A stretch of DNA of 46,797 bases from Calditrichia bacterium (GTDB lineage: Bacteria > Calditrichota > Calditrichia > RBG-13-44-9), in the NCBI GenBank assembly GCA_037381445.1, contig JARRQT010000021.1, forward strand, positions 13,630-60,426, in the 5' to 3' direction. This document shows, piece after piece, positions 8,255-17,266 of the stretch. The translations under genes were made by a program, and so were the position numbers. Below the pieces are notes generated by a model. It did not search any database. It saw only the letters and a program-made list of their open reading frames with translations, and was not told the origin of the DNA. Position 1 is the first letter of the stretch. Every line of letters starts with the position of its first letter.

Positions 8255-10162
8255 ATGGCTAAAAGCAAGAATTCCAATGGGAATGGTGAACTATACTACC
8301 CGGCGCCAGAGGTCGTCGAGAGCGCTTATATAAAGGATTATGACTCCCTGTACCAAAAGTCTATCCAAAACCGGGAAAAATTCTGGGCCGAGCAGGCCGA
8401 AAATCTGGAATGGTATAAAAAGTGGGAAAAGGTGCTGGATGATAGCAATCCCCCATTCTACAAATGGTTTGTAGGCGCAAAGACCAATATTATCCACAAT
8501 GCTATCGATCGGCATTTGAAAAACTGGCATCGCAATAAACTGGCTTTGATTTGGGAAGGCGAGCCCGGAGATTTGCGCACCTTTTCCTATCATGCACTGA
8601 ACCGGGAAGTGTCAAAATTTGCCAATGTATTGAAAAGCATGGGGGTGAAACGGGGAGACATTGTCACCATTTATCTGCCCCAGATTCCCGAACTGGCCAT
8701 CGCCATGCTGGCCTGCGCCAAAATCGGTGCTGCCCACAGTGTGGTTTATGGCGGATTCAGCGTGGAGGCGCTGGCGGAACGAATTGAAGACGCCAACAGC
8801 CGGATACTGATCACCGCAGACGGCGGCTGGCGGCGCGGCAAGATAACCGACCTGAAGAACATTGCCAATGAAGCAATGAAACGATCGCCCACCATCGAGG
8901 TTTGCATAACCGTCAAGAGAACAGGGCATGAGGTATTCATGGAAAATGACCGCGATTTCTACTACAATGAACTGATGACCCTGCCGATAGCCAGCGCCAA
9001 ATGCGACACCGAGGAGATGGACGCCGAAGATATGCTCTTTATTCTTTATACCTCCGGAACTACCGGACGGCCTAAGGGTGTGGTCCATACCCATGGCGGC
9101 TACAGCGTTTATACCGCCACCACCCATAAATATGTCTTCGATATCAAAGATGAGGATCGCTGGTGGTGCGCCGCTGATCCGGGCTGGATTACCGGCCACA
9201 GCTACATCGTTTATGGGCCGCTCATCAACGGGTCCACTATTTTAATGTACGAAGGTGCCCCCAATCACCCCTATCCCAATCGCTGGTGGCAGATGATTGA
9301 AAAATATGGTATTACCATTCTTTATACCTCCCCGACCGCCATCCGCGGACTGATGCGTTTTGGCGAGGCCTGGCCCAACCGGCACGATATCTCCTGTCTG
9401 CGCCTGCTGGGTTCAGTAGGTGAACCGATCAATCCGGAAGCCTGGCGCTGGTACTACCGCGTTATCGGAAAAGAAAAATGTCCTATTATGGATACCTGGT
9501 GGCAGACGGAAACCGGCGGTTTCATGATTACGCCCTTGCCCACAATGCCCCTGAAACCGGGATCGGCCGCCAAACCGTTTTTTGGCAATGAAGTGGCAGT
9601 GGTTGACGATGCGGGTAAAGAAGTCCCGCCGGGGGAAGAGGGGAAACTGGTCATCAAAGCGCCCTGGCCGGGAATGGCGCGCACCATCTACAAAGATCCC
9701 GACCGTTACCAGGAGACCTATTGGAAGGATTATGAGCAGCAGGGATGGTATAAGGCCGGAGATGCCGCCCGCATGGATGAGGACGGCTATATCTGGGTTA
9801 TCGGCCGTATCGATGATGTGATAAAAGTAAGCGGGTACCGCCTTGGGACTGCCGAGATCGAGAGCGCATTGGTCAGCCATCCGGCAGTGGCGGAAGCGGC
9901 GGCAATTGCCCTGCCTCATGAACTGAAAGGAAATGCCATTCACGCCTTTGTCATTTTGCGCGCCGGACTCACGGGAAACAAAAAGCTGGCGGAAGAACTG
10001 AAAGACCATGTTGCCCATGAAATGGGCCGGATTGCCCGGCCGGAAGAAATAAAATTTGTGGATTCCCTTCCCAAGACGCGCAGCGGAAAGATCATGCGTC
10101 GCGTGCTTAAAGCGCGGGCGCTGGGCCTGGATGAAGGAGATTTGACGACGCTGGAACAATAA
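8255..10162 (+). CDS. acs: Acetyl-CoA synthetase (AMP-forming)
   Basis: YTSGTTGRPKG, DTWWQTETG, PKTRSGKIMRR. AGGAGG RBS. Confidence 0.95.
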   Translation: MAKSKNSNGNGELYYPAPEVVESAYIKDYDSLYQKSIQNREKFWAEQAENLEWYKKWEKVLDDSNPPFYKWFVGAKTNIIHNAIDRHLKNWHRNKLALIWEGEPGDLRTFSYHALNREVSKFANVLKSMGVKRGDIVTIYLPQIPELAIAMLACAKIGAAHSVVYGGFSVEALAERIEDANSRILITADGGWRRGKITDLKNIANEAMKRSPTIEVCITVKRTGHEVFMENDRDFYYNELMTLPIASAKCDTEEMDAEDMLFILYTSGTTGRPKGVVHTHGGYSVYTATTHKYVFDIKDEDRWWCAADPGWITGHSYIVYGPLINGSTILMYEGAPNHPYPNRWWQMIEKYGITILYTSPTAIRGLMRFGEAWPNRHDISCLRLLGSVGEPINPEAWRWYYRVIGKEKCPIMDTWWQTETGGFMITPLPTMPLKPGSAAKPFFGNEVAVVDDAGKEVPPGEEGKLVIKAPWPGMARTIYKDPDRYQETYWKDYEQQGWYKAGDAARMDEDGYIWVIGRIDDVIKVSGYRLGTAEIESALVSHPAVAEAAAIALPHELKGNAIHAFVILRAGLTGNKKLAEELKDHVAHEMGRIARPEEIKFVDSLPKTRSGKIMRRVLKARALGLDEGDLTTLEQ

Positions 10163-10250
10163 GTGGCGATCTGCCAAGTCCGGGGCGCCTGTTCGGCGGC
10201 AGGTCTGCAATAGATGGTCGTAATTGGTTTTTGTAGCTTATTTCTCTTAG

Positions 10251-10288
10251 ATAAAAGAGGAGCTCTATCCACAGAGCTCCTCTTTTAT
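10251..10288. terminator. Bidirectional intrinsic terminator
   Basis: Perfect 16-bp inverted repeat ataaaagaggagctct / agagctcctcttttat between convergent genes. Confidence 0.88.
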
Positions 10289-10309
10289 TCAGAGTCCCAA
10301 TTATATTTT

Positions 10310-11167
10310 TTATCCCGCCATAGCAGTCTGCAAATCTTCCGCTGCGAGAACCCTGTTTTCCCGCAAACGGCGCAGTGAATCGGGATCATGGGTCGGCAAA
10401 TAAACAGTGGGACGGGTGCGCGCAAAATCGAGGATTTTGCGAATGGTCATCAGTGCTGTGCTTTCATCCGGGCTGACACCATCCACCTGTTCATCGAGAA
10501 GGATCTGTTCGGTATATGTGGTATCTCCCGCCAGAAAATAATAAACACCGTTTTCCTCTGCAACAACCGACATATGCCCTGGCGTATGGCCGGGAGTCGG
10601 CACAATTATGACATCCCCTCTTTCAGTCACCCGGAAGTTCTTTTCAAACGATCCTGCAGAATTTGATTCAAAGGAAACCGGAGTTGGCCGAAACCATTTC
10701 GGCCAGCGGTGCGGCAAATAACCCTGCAATTTTCCCCAAAACCCCTGTGCGGATTTATAATCCGTCCCGTTTGCGAGGATTTTGGAATCCGGAAAATGAT
10801 GAAGCCCGCCGGCATGATCTGTATGGAAATGAGTCAGAATCAGGGTTTTCACGTCCGAGGGCGATATGCCCAGTTTGCGAAGCTGCGGGCCGATTTCCTG
10901 CTCCGGCAATATATCCATTCGCAGGCCCAGACGATAATAGGGATTCCAGAATGGAAAATAGCCCGGTTCGGACGTTCGGGCAGTATCTCCGGTGTCCACC
11001 ACAATGATTCCCTCGTCATGGTCGATGACCCAGGCAAATATGGGCAGCGGCTCTGTCCAGTCACTGTCAAACATCATATTCAGTTTGCGAGCCAAACCGC
11101 GCCCCTTGCCCTGCCGCTGTCTGGTTTTTATTTGAACGGTCCCGGTTTGTATCGGATAAATCTTCAT
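10310..11167 (-). CDS. N-acyl-homoserine-lactonase-family MBL-fold metallohydrolase
   Basis: THFHTDHAGG, TPGHTPGH, LAGD and PTHD. Start reassigned to MKIYPIQ (ATG at 11167) after an AGGGGG RBS. Confidence 0.82.
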   Translation of the reverse strand: MKIYPIQTGTVQIKTRQRQGKGRGLARKLNMMFDSDWTEPLPIFAWVIDHDEGIIVVDTGDTARTSEPGYFPFWNPYYRLGLRMDILPEQEIGPQLRKLGISPSDVKTLILTHFHTDHAGGLHHFPDSKILANGTDYKSAQGFWGKLQGYLPHRWPKWFRPTPVSFESNSAGSFEKNFRVTERGDVIIVPTPGHTPGHMSVVAEENGVYYFLAGDTTYTEQILLDEQVDGVSPDESTALMTIRKILDFARTRPTVYLPTHDPDSLRRLRENRVLAAEDLQTAMAG

Positions 11168-11259
11168 AAAAATCCCCCTTTTTCCGGGGCTGTTCCGACT
11201 TTGTCTGCGATTGTACCGCAATTGGATAAATATGCTTCTGAAATATACCCGCCATGATT

Positions 11260-11304
11260 AAAAAGCGAACCGTCCCGAAATCATTCGCAGGTCCCGGGAC
11301 AGTT
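11260..11304 (-). terminator. Probable terminator of sod
   Basis: 10-bp stem (11268-11277 / 11295-11304, one G-U pair) followed by T5 on the minus strand. Confidence 0.55.
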
Positions 11305-11369
11305 TTGAAATAAGAACAGCATAAAAATCCGGGGGACACCCCCTGTTAGCTAATAAATATTATTTTATT

Positions 11370-11996
11370 CTATCGCGCATACTTTTTGTAGCGCTCATTA
11401 ATGCGGCCCCAATGCAAATCGCCCAGAAAATTGTCAATATATGCCGCCCGCCCCGGACCGTCTTTGTGGTAATAGGCATGCTCAAAAACATCGCAGGCAA
11501 TCAGCGGAATGCCGCCCCAAATTGCACCGTATTGATGCTCATCTACCAGCACATTCAGCAGGCGTCCACTATAAAGGGTATCCAGTACCAGCAGCCCCCA
11601 GCCGCTTAATTTTGCTGATACCGCCGAGGCCTTGAAATCCGCTTTCCATTTGTCCAAGGAACCGAATTCTTTTTCAATTGCCGCCACAACCTCGGGTCCC
11701 TTGGAAGGATCGCCATCGCCGCCCATGTTAGCCCAGTAGATATCGTGCAGCAAAGCGCCGGAATGGTTCCAGGTGAGGCGGCGCTTCAGTTCACCAATAT
11801 GACTGTAATTCCCGTTGGCTTTGGAACGATCGGCGGTCTGCAGCTCATTTTCGATGGTGTTCAGCGCCGTGACATATCCCTTGTGATGCTTATTGTAATG
11901 CCAATCCGTGGTTTCGGGCGAGACCACATTTTTGAGAAGCGATTTTGCTTCTTCATCCCCATAGGGCCGTTTATTGAACTTCCACTCATACGCCAT
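11370..11996 (-). CDS. sod: Fe/Mn superoxide dismutase
   Basis: HYNKHHKGY, LLHDIYW, SGWG and DVFEHAYY, with all four metal ligands present. Confidence 0.93.
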   Translation of the reverse strand: MAYEWKFNKRPYGDEEAKSLLKNVVSPETTDWHYNKHHKGYVTALNTIENELQTADRSKANGNYSHIGELKRRLTWNHSGALLHDIYWANMGGDGDPSKGPEVVAAIEKEFGSLDKWKADFKASAVSAKLSGWGLLVLDTLYSGRLLNVLVDEHQYGAIWGGIPLIACDVFEHAYYHKDGPGRAAYIDNFLGDLHWGRINERYKKYAR

Positions 11997-12083
11997 GGCA
12001 AAACTCCTTTCTGAATTTATTTAATTTTATTAGAATAAACGACTTATTACATAAATCAAGTGCATATTGCTCGTAAAACCTTG

Positions 12084-12104
12084 AATTGAGACGCATTCTC
12101 AATT
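12084..12104. promoter_or_regulatory. Fur/PerR-like operator upstream of sod
   Basis: Perfect inverted repeat AATTGAGA-cgcat-TCTCAATT. The same core occurs at 22433. Confidence 0.65.
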
Positions 12105-12206
12105 AATTTTTAAAAATTTTTATTCGTTTTTCTTAATCAGTATTACATCATATCACAAAGCAATTGGAATCAATTGGGTAAGCGGGATTACGAATTACAA
12201 AAAAAG

Positions 12207-12401
12207 CTACACGATGGGTGCACCTTCATCGATCTGCTGCGTCCGTTCATAGGAGCAACAATATATATCGAAATCCCGGAAATTGCGCACCGGGTCAAAA
12301 TCCTCTTCATAACGGGTCCGGCATTCATGGGCCTTTTCTTGCCCCTGCGGGCAGAGCATATTCATAACGGGACAAAACCTGGGATCTTCATTTATTGTCA
12401 T
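12207..12401 (-). CDS. Small Cys-rich hypothetical protein (64 aa)
   Basis: GAGGT RBS 4 nt before ATG, upstream TTGACA promoter candidates, 5 Cys. Confidence 0.6.
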   Translation of the reverse strand: MTINEDPRFCPVMNMLCPQGQEKAHECRTRYEEDFDPVRNFRDFDIYCCSYERTQQIDEGAPIV

Positions 12402-12471
12402 TTTTACCTCAGCTTTTTAAATCAAAGTATAATTTATGTCAAAATCCCGATCAAATTAACATCACACTATA

Positions 12472-12499
12472 AACATAATAAATCCAAGAGCCATGTCAA
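12472..12499 (-). promoter_or_regulatory. Sigma70-type promoter candidate for the 64-aa ORF
   Basis: TTGACA-N16-TATGTT on the minus strand. A second TTGACA-N17-TAAAAA lies near 12414-12442. Confidence 0.45.
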
Positions 12500-12679
12500 G
12501 CCCCTTTTTCACTGAGTAGGTTAAATGTTCGAAAAAACTTAATGTTTCAATCATCCGGCGTCAGTAACATCGGTTTTAATAATTGCAGACTGGCATGCCC
12601 CGAAGTTGTATTCGTCCCATATTCTGACCTTCGACCATCAATATGGCCGGAGGAGGGCGAAATAAAAATCAGAATAAAA

Positions 12680-13789
12680 TCACTGTCCCAATTTATTCTC
12701 CGCTATTTCCATCAGTCTGGGAATAAATTTGTGATTGGCCATGGGAAACGGGTACCGCTCAATTTCCTCGAGACTGATCCAGCGGTAGTCCTGCGGACCG
12801 TTCAGTTTCACTTCGCCTGTTAAATACTGGCAGCGGTATACATCCATCACGATTTTGAAATGAGTATAGGCATGTTTGACCTCTATCAAATAATCAATGA
12901 TATCCACGGACAAACCGACCTCCTCTCTGATCTCACGCAAACATGCTTCCCTGGCGGTTTCACCCGGCCGGACCTTCCCGCCCGGAAATTCCCAAAGGCC
13001 GCCCAGCAGCCCCTCATTCTTCCTGCGGGTAATTAAAATCTGCCCGTTTTTATGAACCACTCCCACAGAGATGTGGTATTCCGGAATCTTACGGGCCGGC
13101 TTTCGCAGCGGAAAATCCTGCTGCCTGCTTTCCCGGTTGGCAGCACAATAATTTGACACCGGACATTGGTCGCACAGTGGGTTTTGCGGCTTGCAGATCG
13201 TGGCACCCAGTTCCATCATCGCCTGGTTAAACATGCCGGGATGCTCTTTATCCAATAGAAAATCGGCACGCTCCCGGTAAATTTTCCCTGAGCCTGATCC
13301 ATTAACAGGCGCCTCCATCAAAAAAATACGGGACAGCACCCGTTTCACGTTTCCGTCTACGACAGCATAGGATTTGTTGAAGGCAATGCTCATCACCGCA
13401 GCGGCAATGTACTCCCCCACTCCGGGCAATTTCCGGAACCGTTCGAATTCGGAAGGAATTTCGCCGTCCAGTTCTTCGACAATCATGCGGGCTGCCTTGT
13501 GCAAGTTGCGGGCGCGGGCGTAATATCCCATTTTTTCCCACACCTTCAACACATCCTGCAGGTCGGCTGCCGCCAGCCGCCGGATGTCCGGAAATGTTTT
13601 GATGAATTTCCGGTAATATTCAAGAACCTTGACCACCTGGGTCTGCTGCAGCATGACCTCGGAAACCCAGATAAAATAGGGATTGCTTGTTTCCCGCCAG
13701 GGAAGCCTGCGTTGGTTTTCAGAATGCCAATTCAGAAGGCGCTTCCGGAAATCCGGTAAATTCACCCTCGTCAAATCTATCGATTTCAT
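12680..13789 (-). CDS. mutY: A/G-specific adenine glycosylase MutY with C-terminal MutT-like Nudix domain
   Basis: VSEVMLQQTQV, HhH LPGVGEY, VDGNVKRV, 4Fe-4S motif C-x6-C-x2-C-x5-C, and a full Nudix box. Confidence 0.95.
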   Translation of the reverse strand: MKSIDLTRVNLPDFRKRLLNWHSENQRRLPWRETSNPYFIWVSEVMLQQTQVVKVLEYYRKFIKTFPDIRRLAAADLQDVLKVWEKMGYYARARNLHKAARMIVEELDGEIPSEFERFRKLPGVGEYIAAAVMSIAFNKSYAVVDGNVKRVLSRIFLMEAPVNGSGSGKIYRERADFLLDKEHPGMFNQAMMELGATICKPQNPLCDQCPVSNYCAANRESRQQDFPLRKPARKIPEYHISVGVVHKNGQILITRRKNEGLLGGLWEFPGGKVRPGETAREACLREIREEVGLSVDIIDYLIEVKHAYTHFKIVMDVYRCQYLTGEVKLNGPQDYRWISLEEIERYPFPMANHKFIPRLMEIAENKLGQ

Positions 13790-13813
13790 AAAGTATTATC
13801 TAATCTCTCACAA

Positions 13814-14800
13814 TCACTGAAGCAGTCTATGCTGCTCCATAAAATCGAGAATCCGAATGGCGTGCTCGCGGGAATTCTCGATAAAAAGCTTCGCGGTTTT
13901 CATTCCCCCGCATACCACTCCGGCCAAAAATAGTCCGGGTTTATTGGTCTGAAAAGTATCGGGATCGCACACCGGGCTCGACCACTCATCATTCCTGATT
14001 TCAATGCCAATCTTTTTAATGAATTCATAATCGGGATGATATCCGGTCATCGCCAGCACGAAATTATTTTCAAGGGTCACCAGCCCATTTGGCGTCCGAA
14101 CATCAATCTCATTCTGCCGAATCTCTTTGACCGCTGAATCAAAATATGCTTTTATGGAACCTTCCTTAATACGGTTTTCAATATCCGGCTTCACCCAGTA
14201 TTTGATTCGATCGCTCAGGGAAGGTTCGCGCACAATCATCATAACCTCAGCGCCTACCCGGTAGGTTTCCAGAGCCACATCTACTGCGGAATTGGCCCCG
14301 CCAATTACCGCCACTTTCTGATAGGCATATGGATGCGGCTCATCATAATAATGCCTCACTTTGGAGAGTTCCTCTCCCGGGACATTCATCAGATTTGCAT
14401 TGTCGTAGTAGCCTGTCGCCACGATCACGGTCTTCGCGCGGCAGGTATTTTTGTCAGAAGAGATTATGAAGTCACCCGCCTGCCCTTCAATATTGAGGAC
14501 TCTTTCGTAAATCCGGATATTTAATTTCCACGCACCCGCCACGCGCCGGTAGTATTCCAGTGCTTCGCGGCGGGTCGGTTTATTGCCGTGAGAGATGAAA
14601 GGCACCTCACCAATCTCCAGCCGGTCCGAGGTGGAAAAGAAGGTCATATTTGTCGGATAATGAAAAATTGAGTTGACGATAGCCCCTTTTTCGATGATAA
14701 TGTGAGATAAATCCCTTTTCCGGGCTTCGATGCCGCAGGCAAGACCAATGGGCCCCGCACCGACAATCAAAACATCATATTTTTCAATTGTATCTTTCAT
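13814..14800 (-). CDS. ypdA: YpdA-family putative bacillithiol disulfide reductase
   Basis: GAGPIGLAC, YPTNMTFFSTS, KPTRREALEYY, GGANSAVD, KYWVKPDIENRI, FIENSREH. No TrxR CxxC. Confidence 0.9.
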   Translation of the reverse strand: MKDTIEKYDVLIVGAGPIGLACGIEARKRDLSHIIIEKGAIVNSIFHYPTNMTFFSTSDRLEIGEVPFISHGNKPTRREALEYYRRVAGAWKLNIRIYERVLNIEGQAGDFIISSDKNTCRAKTVIVATGYYDNANLMNVPGEELSKVRHYYDEPHPYAYQKVAVIGGANSAVDVALETYRVGAEVMMIVREPSLSDRIKYWVKPDIENRIKEGSIKAYFDSAVKEIRQNEIDVRTPNGLVTLENNFVLAMTGYHPDYEFIKKIGIEIRNDEWSSPVCDPDTFQTNKPGLFLAGVVCGGMKTAKLFIENSREHAIRILDFMEQHRLLQ

Positions 14801-14822
14801 TCAACACTTTTCCCTGAGTTCA

Positions 14823-16121
14823 TTACTGAAATTGGTATTCTTTTCGCGGCGGCAGAATTCTACTGGTTACCTCTCCGAAGCCGATGCGGTATTCTTCGCC
14901 CTCACACCAGCCCGTTATGGTTAAGCGGTCACCATCCTGAATAAAACGACGCTCTTGCCCATTGGGAAATTTGATGGAATTTTCGCCCGCCCGGGTCAGT
15001 TCCAGCAGGCTGCCGTAAGAGCCCGGATCCGGGCCGCTGATAGTGCCCGACGCCAGCAAATCCCCGGGGCGAAGATTACAGCCATTAATGGTATGATGGG
15101 CCAGCTGCTGGCACACATTCCAATACATGTATTTGAAATTTGAACGACAAAGCCGCTGCGGGTGGTCCATCTTTTCGCCCTGCAGAGAGACTTCCAGCAC
15201 AATATCGTAGGCCCAATCTCCTTTACTCTGCAAATATGGCAGTGGCTGGGGCTCCTGCTCGGGTCCGGCAGTGCGAAATGGTTCCAGCGCCTCCATGGTG
15301 ACTACCCAGGGTGAGATGGAAGTTCCGAAATTTTTGGCCAGAAACGGTCCCAACGGCCGATATTCCCATTTCTGGATATCCCGGGCGCTCCAGTCGTTTA
15401 CCAGCACCATGCCAAAAATATGCTGCGGAGCTTCATCGATGGGAACAGGTTCTCCCAGCTTATTTCCGGGTCCGGTAAAAAAACCCGTCTCCAGCTCAAA
15501 ATCCACCCGCCGGCTGGGTCCAAAAACCGGCCTTTCGGAGTCATCCGGTTTGAGCTGTCCCAAGGGGCGGTGCAGGTCAGTCCCGCTGATGACCACCGAA
15601 CTGGCACGCCCGTGATAGGCCACCGGCAAATGCAGCCAGTTGGGCATCAGCGCATTTTCTTTTCCGCGAAACATGCTGCCGACATTGGTGGCGTGTTCCT
15701 TTGAAGAATAGAAATCCGTGTAATCACCAATTTCCACCGGAAGCAGCAATTCAACCGCTTCCATGGGAGTCAGTGCGAGATCCCGGAGCGCTTTGCTGTC
15801 GCGCAGTGTGGGATTGTCCTCGCGCAGCAGGTAACTGATGACCGCGCGCACTGCTTTCCAGGAAGGCCGCCCCAAAGCCATAAATTCGTTCAGGGACGGC
15901 CTGGAAAAAATGCCGTCGCCTCCAACCGGCGTTTTCTCAAAAAGGCCCTGCTTTTCCAAAACAGACAGATCCAGCACCATTTCGCCGATTGCCACTCCAA
16001 CCCGGGGGGTTCCGCCGTTTTTGTGCCGAAAAACGCCATAGGGAAGGTTTTGTATGGGAAAATGAGAATCCGGTTTTACCGGCACAAATGATTTTAATTT
16101 TGGATCATTGGTGATATTCAC
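14823..16121 (-). CDS. fahA: Fumarylacetoacetase
   Basis: SHFPIQNLPYG, DYTDFYSSKEHATNVG, YHGRASS, DFELE, NDWSARDIQKWEY. Likely GTG start at 16121. Confidence 0.95.
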   Translation of the reverse strand: MNITNDPKLKSFVPVKPDSHFPIQNLPYGVFRHKNGGTPRVGVAIGEMVLDLSVLEKQGLFEKTPVGGDGIFSRPSLNEFMALGRPSWKAVRAVISYLLREDNPTLRDSKALRDLALTPMEAVELLLPVEIGDYTDFYSSKEHATNVGSMFRGKENALMPNWLHLPVAYHGRASSVVISGTDLHRPLGQLKPDDSERPVFGPSRRVDFELETGFFTGPGNKLGEPVPIDEAPQHIFGMVLVNDWSARDIQKWEYRPLGPFLAKNFGTSISPWVVTMEALEPFRTAGPEQEPQPLPYLQSKGDWAYDIVLEVSLQGEKMDHPQRLCRSNFKYMYWNVCQQLAHHTINGCNLRPGDLLASGTISGPDPGSYGSLLELTRAGENSIKFPNGQERRFIQDGDRLTITGWCEGEEYRIGFGEVTSRILPPRKEYQFQ

Positions 16122-16160
16122 TCCGGTGTCTCCGTTTATGAAGAACAAAACAACAGCGCC

Positions 16161-17153
16161 TTATAATAAGTTCATCGATTTTAAATCCGCGCGGGGCTCA
16201 TCGAAACTGCAACTGCCGAAGGAGAGGAAAAACGAGTGGCGGGCATCTTCTATTTCGCCTGTTTGGGCAGTCAAATCACCCCATTTCAATTCATTTTCAG
16301 CAAACTGAAAATGGGAAGGATCTTCGTCCTGCAAAATTTCCTGCACCTTCGCATGCGGAAGATCGTGTTGCCGGGAAAGCACTGCAGCCCCGAACAGGTT
16401 AATAAAACCGTGCATTTTTGTCCCGATATTGTCATCTAGATGACGGAAGGGATGGTGAAGCCCGGCGGTTGCTTTCAATGGAACTGCGGCTTTCCGGCAT
16501 TCTGTTACGGCAAAACCAATCTTATCCGGTGAAGGGAAATCAGCTTGGTTCAGGCCGCCGCATCGCAGCTTCAACCCCGCCGGACGGCAGCGGCGATCCC
16601 CGGCGGAATCCGCCAAATCTTTATTCAGAGCGGAAAGTGCCTCAATGATGATTGGAATAGTCTGTTCCCAATCCTCATCCCACACCGCTTCAAAAAAAGG
16701 GGTCATCTCCGGGGGACCCGCCTGATCAATCAGTTCGGCAGTCTCATTTAAAATCCGAAGCACCCGGTGAAGCGTTATCTGGTCATAAATATCTCCTGAA
16801 AACTTGGTTTCCAGCATGTCGACCCTCACCTGCTTATGGAATTTTTCCCGGAATTCGGCTGCATCCTGCAGATCTTTTCTTAGATTTTCCGTATATTCTG
16901 CGCCTGATCCGCCGCTGCGCGCCAGGACGGAAAATACATATGGCGGATTCTTCGCGAACAGATTCTCTCCAAACGGCGCCAGTTCTTTCAGGCGGGAAGC
17001 CGGGCAGATGAAGCGGGACAACATCCACGCCTCTGAATCATCACGATAACGGACAAAATTGTGAATGGCCTCCTTCATGGATAATTCCGCAGGCGGAAAC
17101 AGACCTGCGTAATCAATACCCCGATTCATTAATGCCCGAAAACTGGAATACAT
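16161..17153 (-). CDS. Conserved hypothetical protein upstream of fahA
   Basis: 330-aa ORF with motifs IDYAGLFPPA, KLRCGG, KATAGLHHP, MHGFINL and SFGSCSFDEP, ending about 40 nt before fahA. Confidence 0.8.
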   Translation of the reverse strand: MYSSFRALMNRGIDYAGLFPPAELSMKEAIHNFVRYRDDSEAWMLSRFICPASRLKELAPFGENLFAKNPPYVFSVLARSGGSGAEYTENLRKDLQDAAEFREKFHKQVRVDMLETKFSGDIYDQITLHRVLRILNETAELIDQAGPPEMTPFFEAVWDEDWEQTIPIIIEALSALNKDLADSAGDRRCRPAGLKLRCGGLNQADFPSPDKIGFAVTECRKAAVPLKATAGLHHPFRHLDDNIGTKMHGFINLFGAAVLSRQHDLPHAKVQEILQDEDPSHFQFAENELKWGDLTAQTGEIEDARHSFFLSFGSCSFDEPRADLKSMNLL

Positions 17154-17266
17154 GATTTCAGCACCTTCTTTTTTTGAAAATCATCAGATTTTGCAATACG
17201 TATTTGGATGAATGCGGTACGAGAAATTGCGCGCCGCTGGTGCGTTCTGCCCGAATGATGACCGCT

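Noticed and set aside
12174..12823. Plus-strand ORFs of 113 and 93 aa
   Set aside because: Antisense to the better-supported 64-aa ORF and to the mutY end, with no RBS
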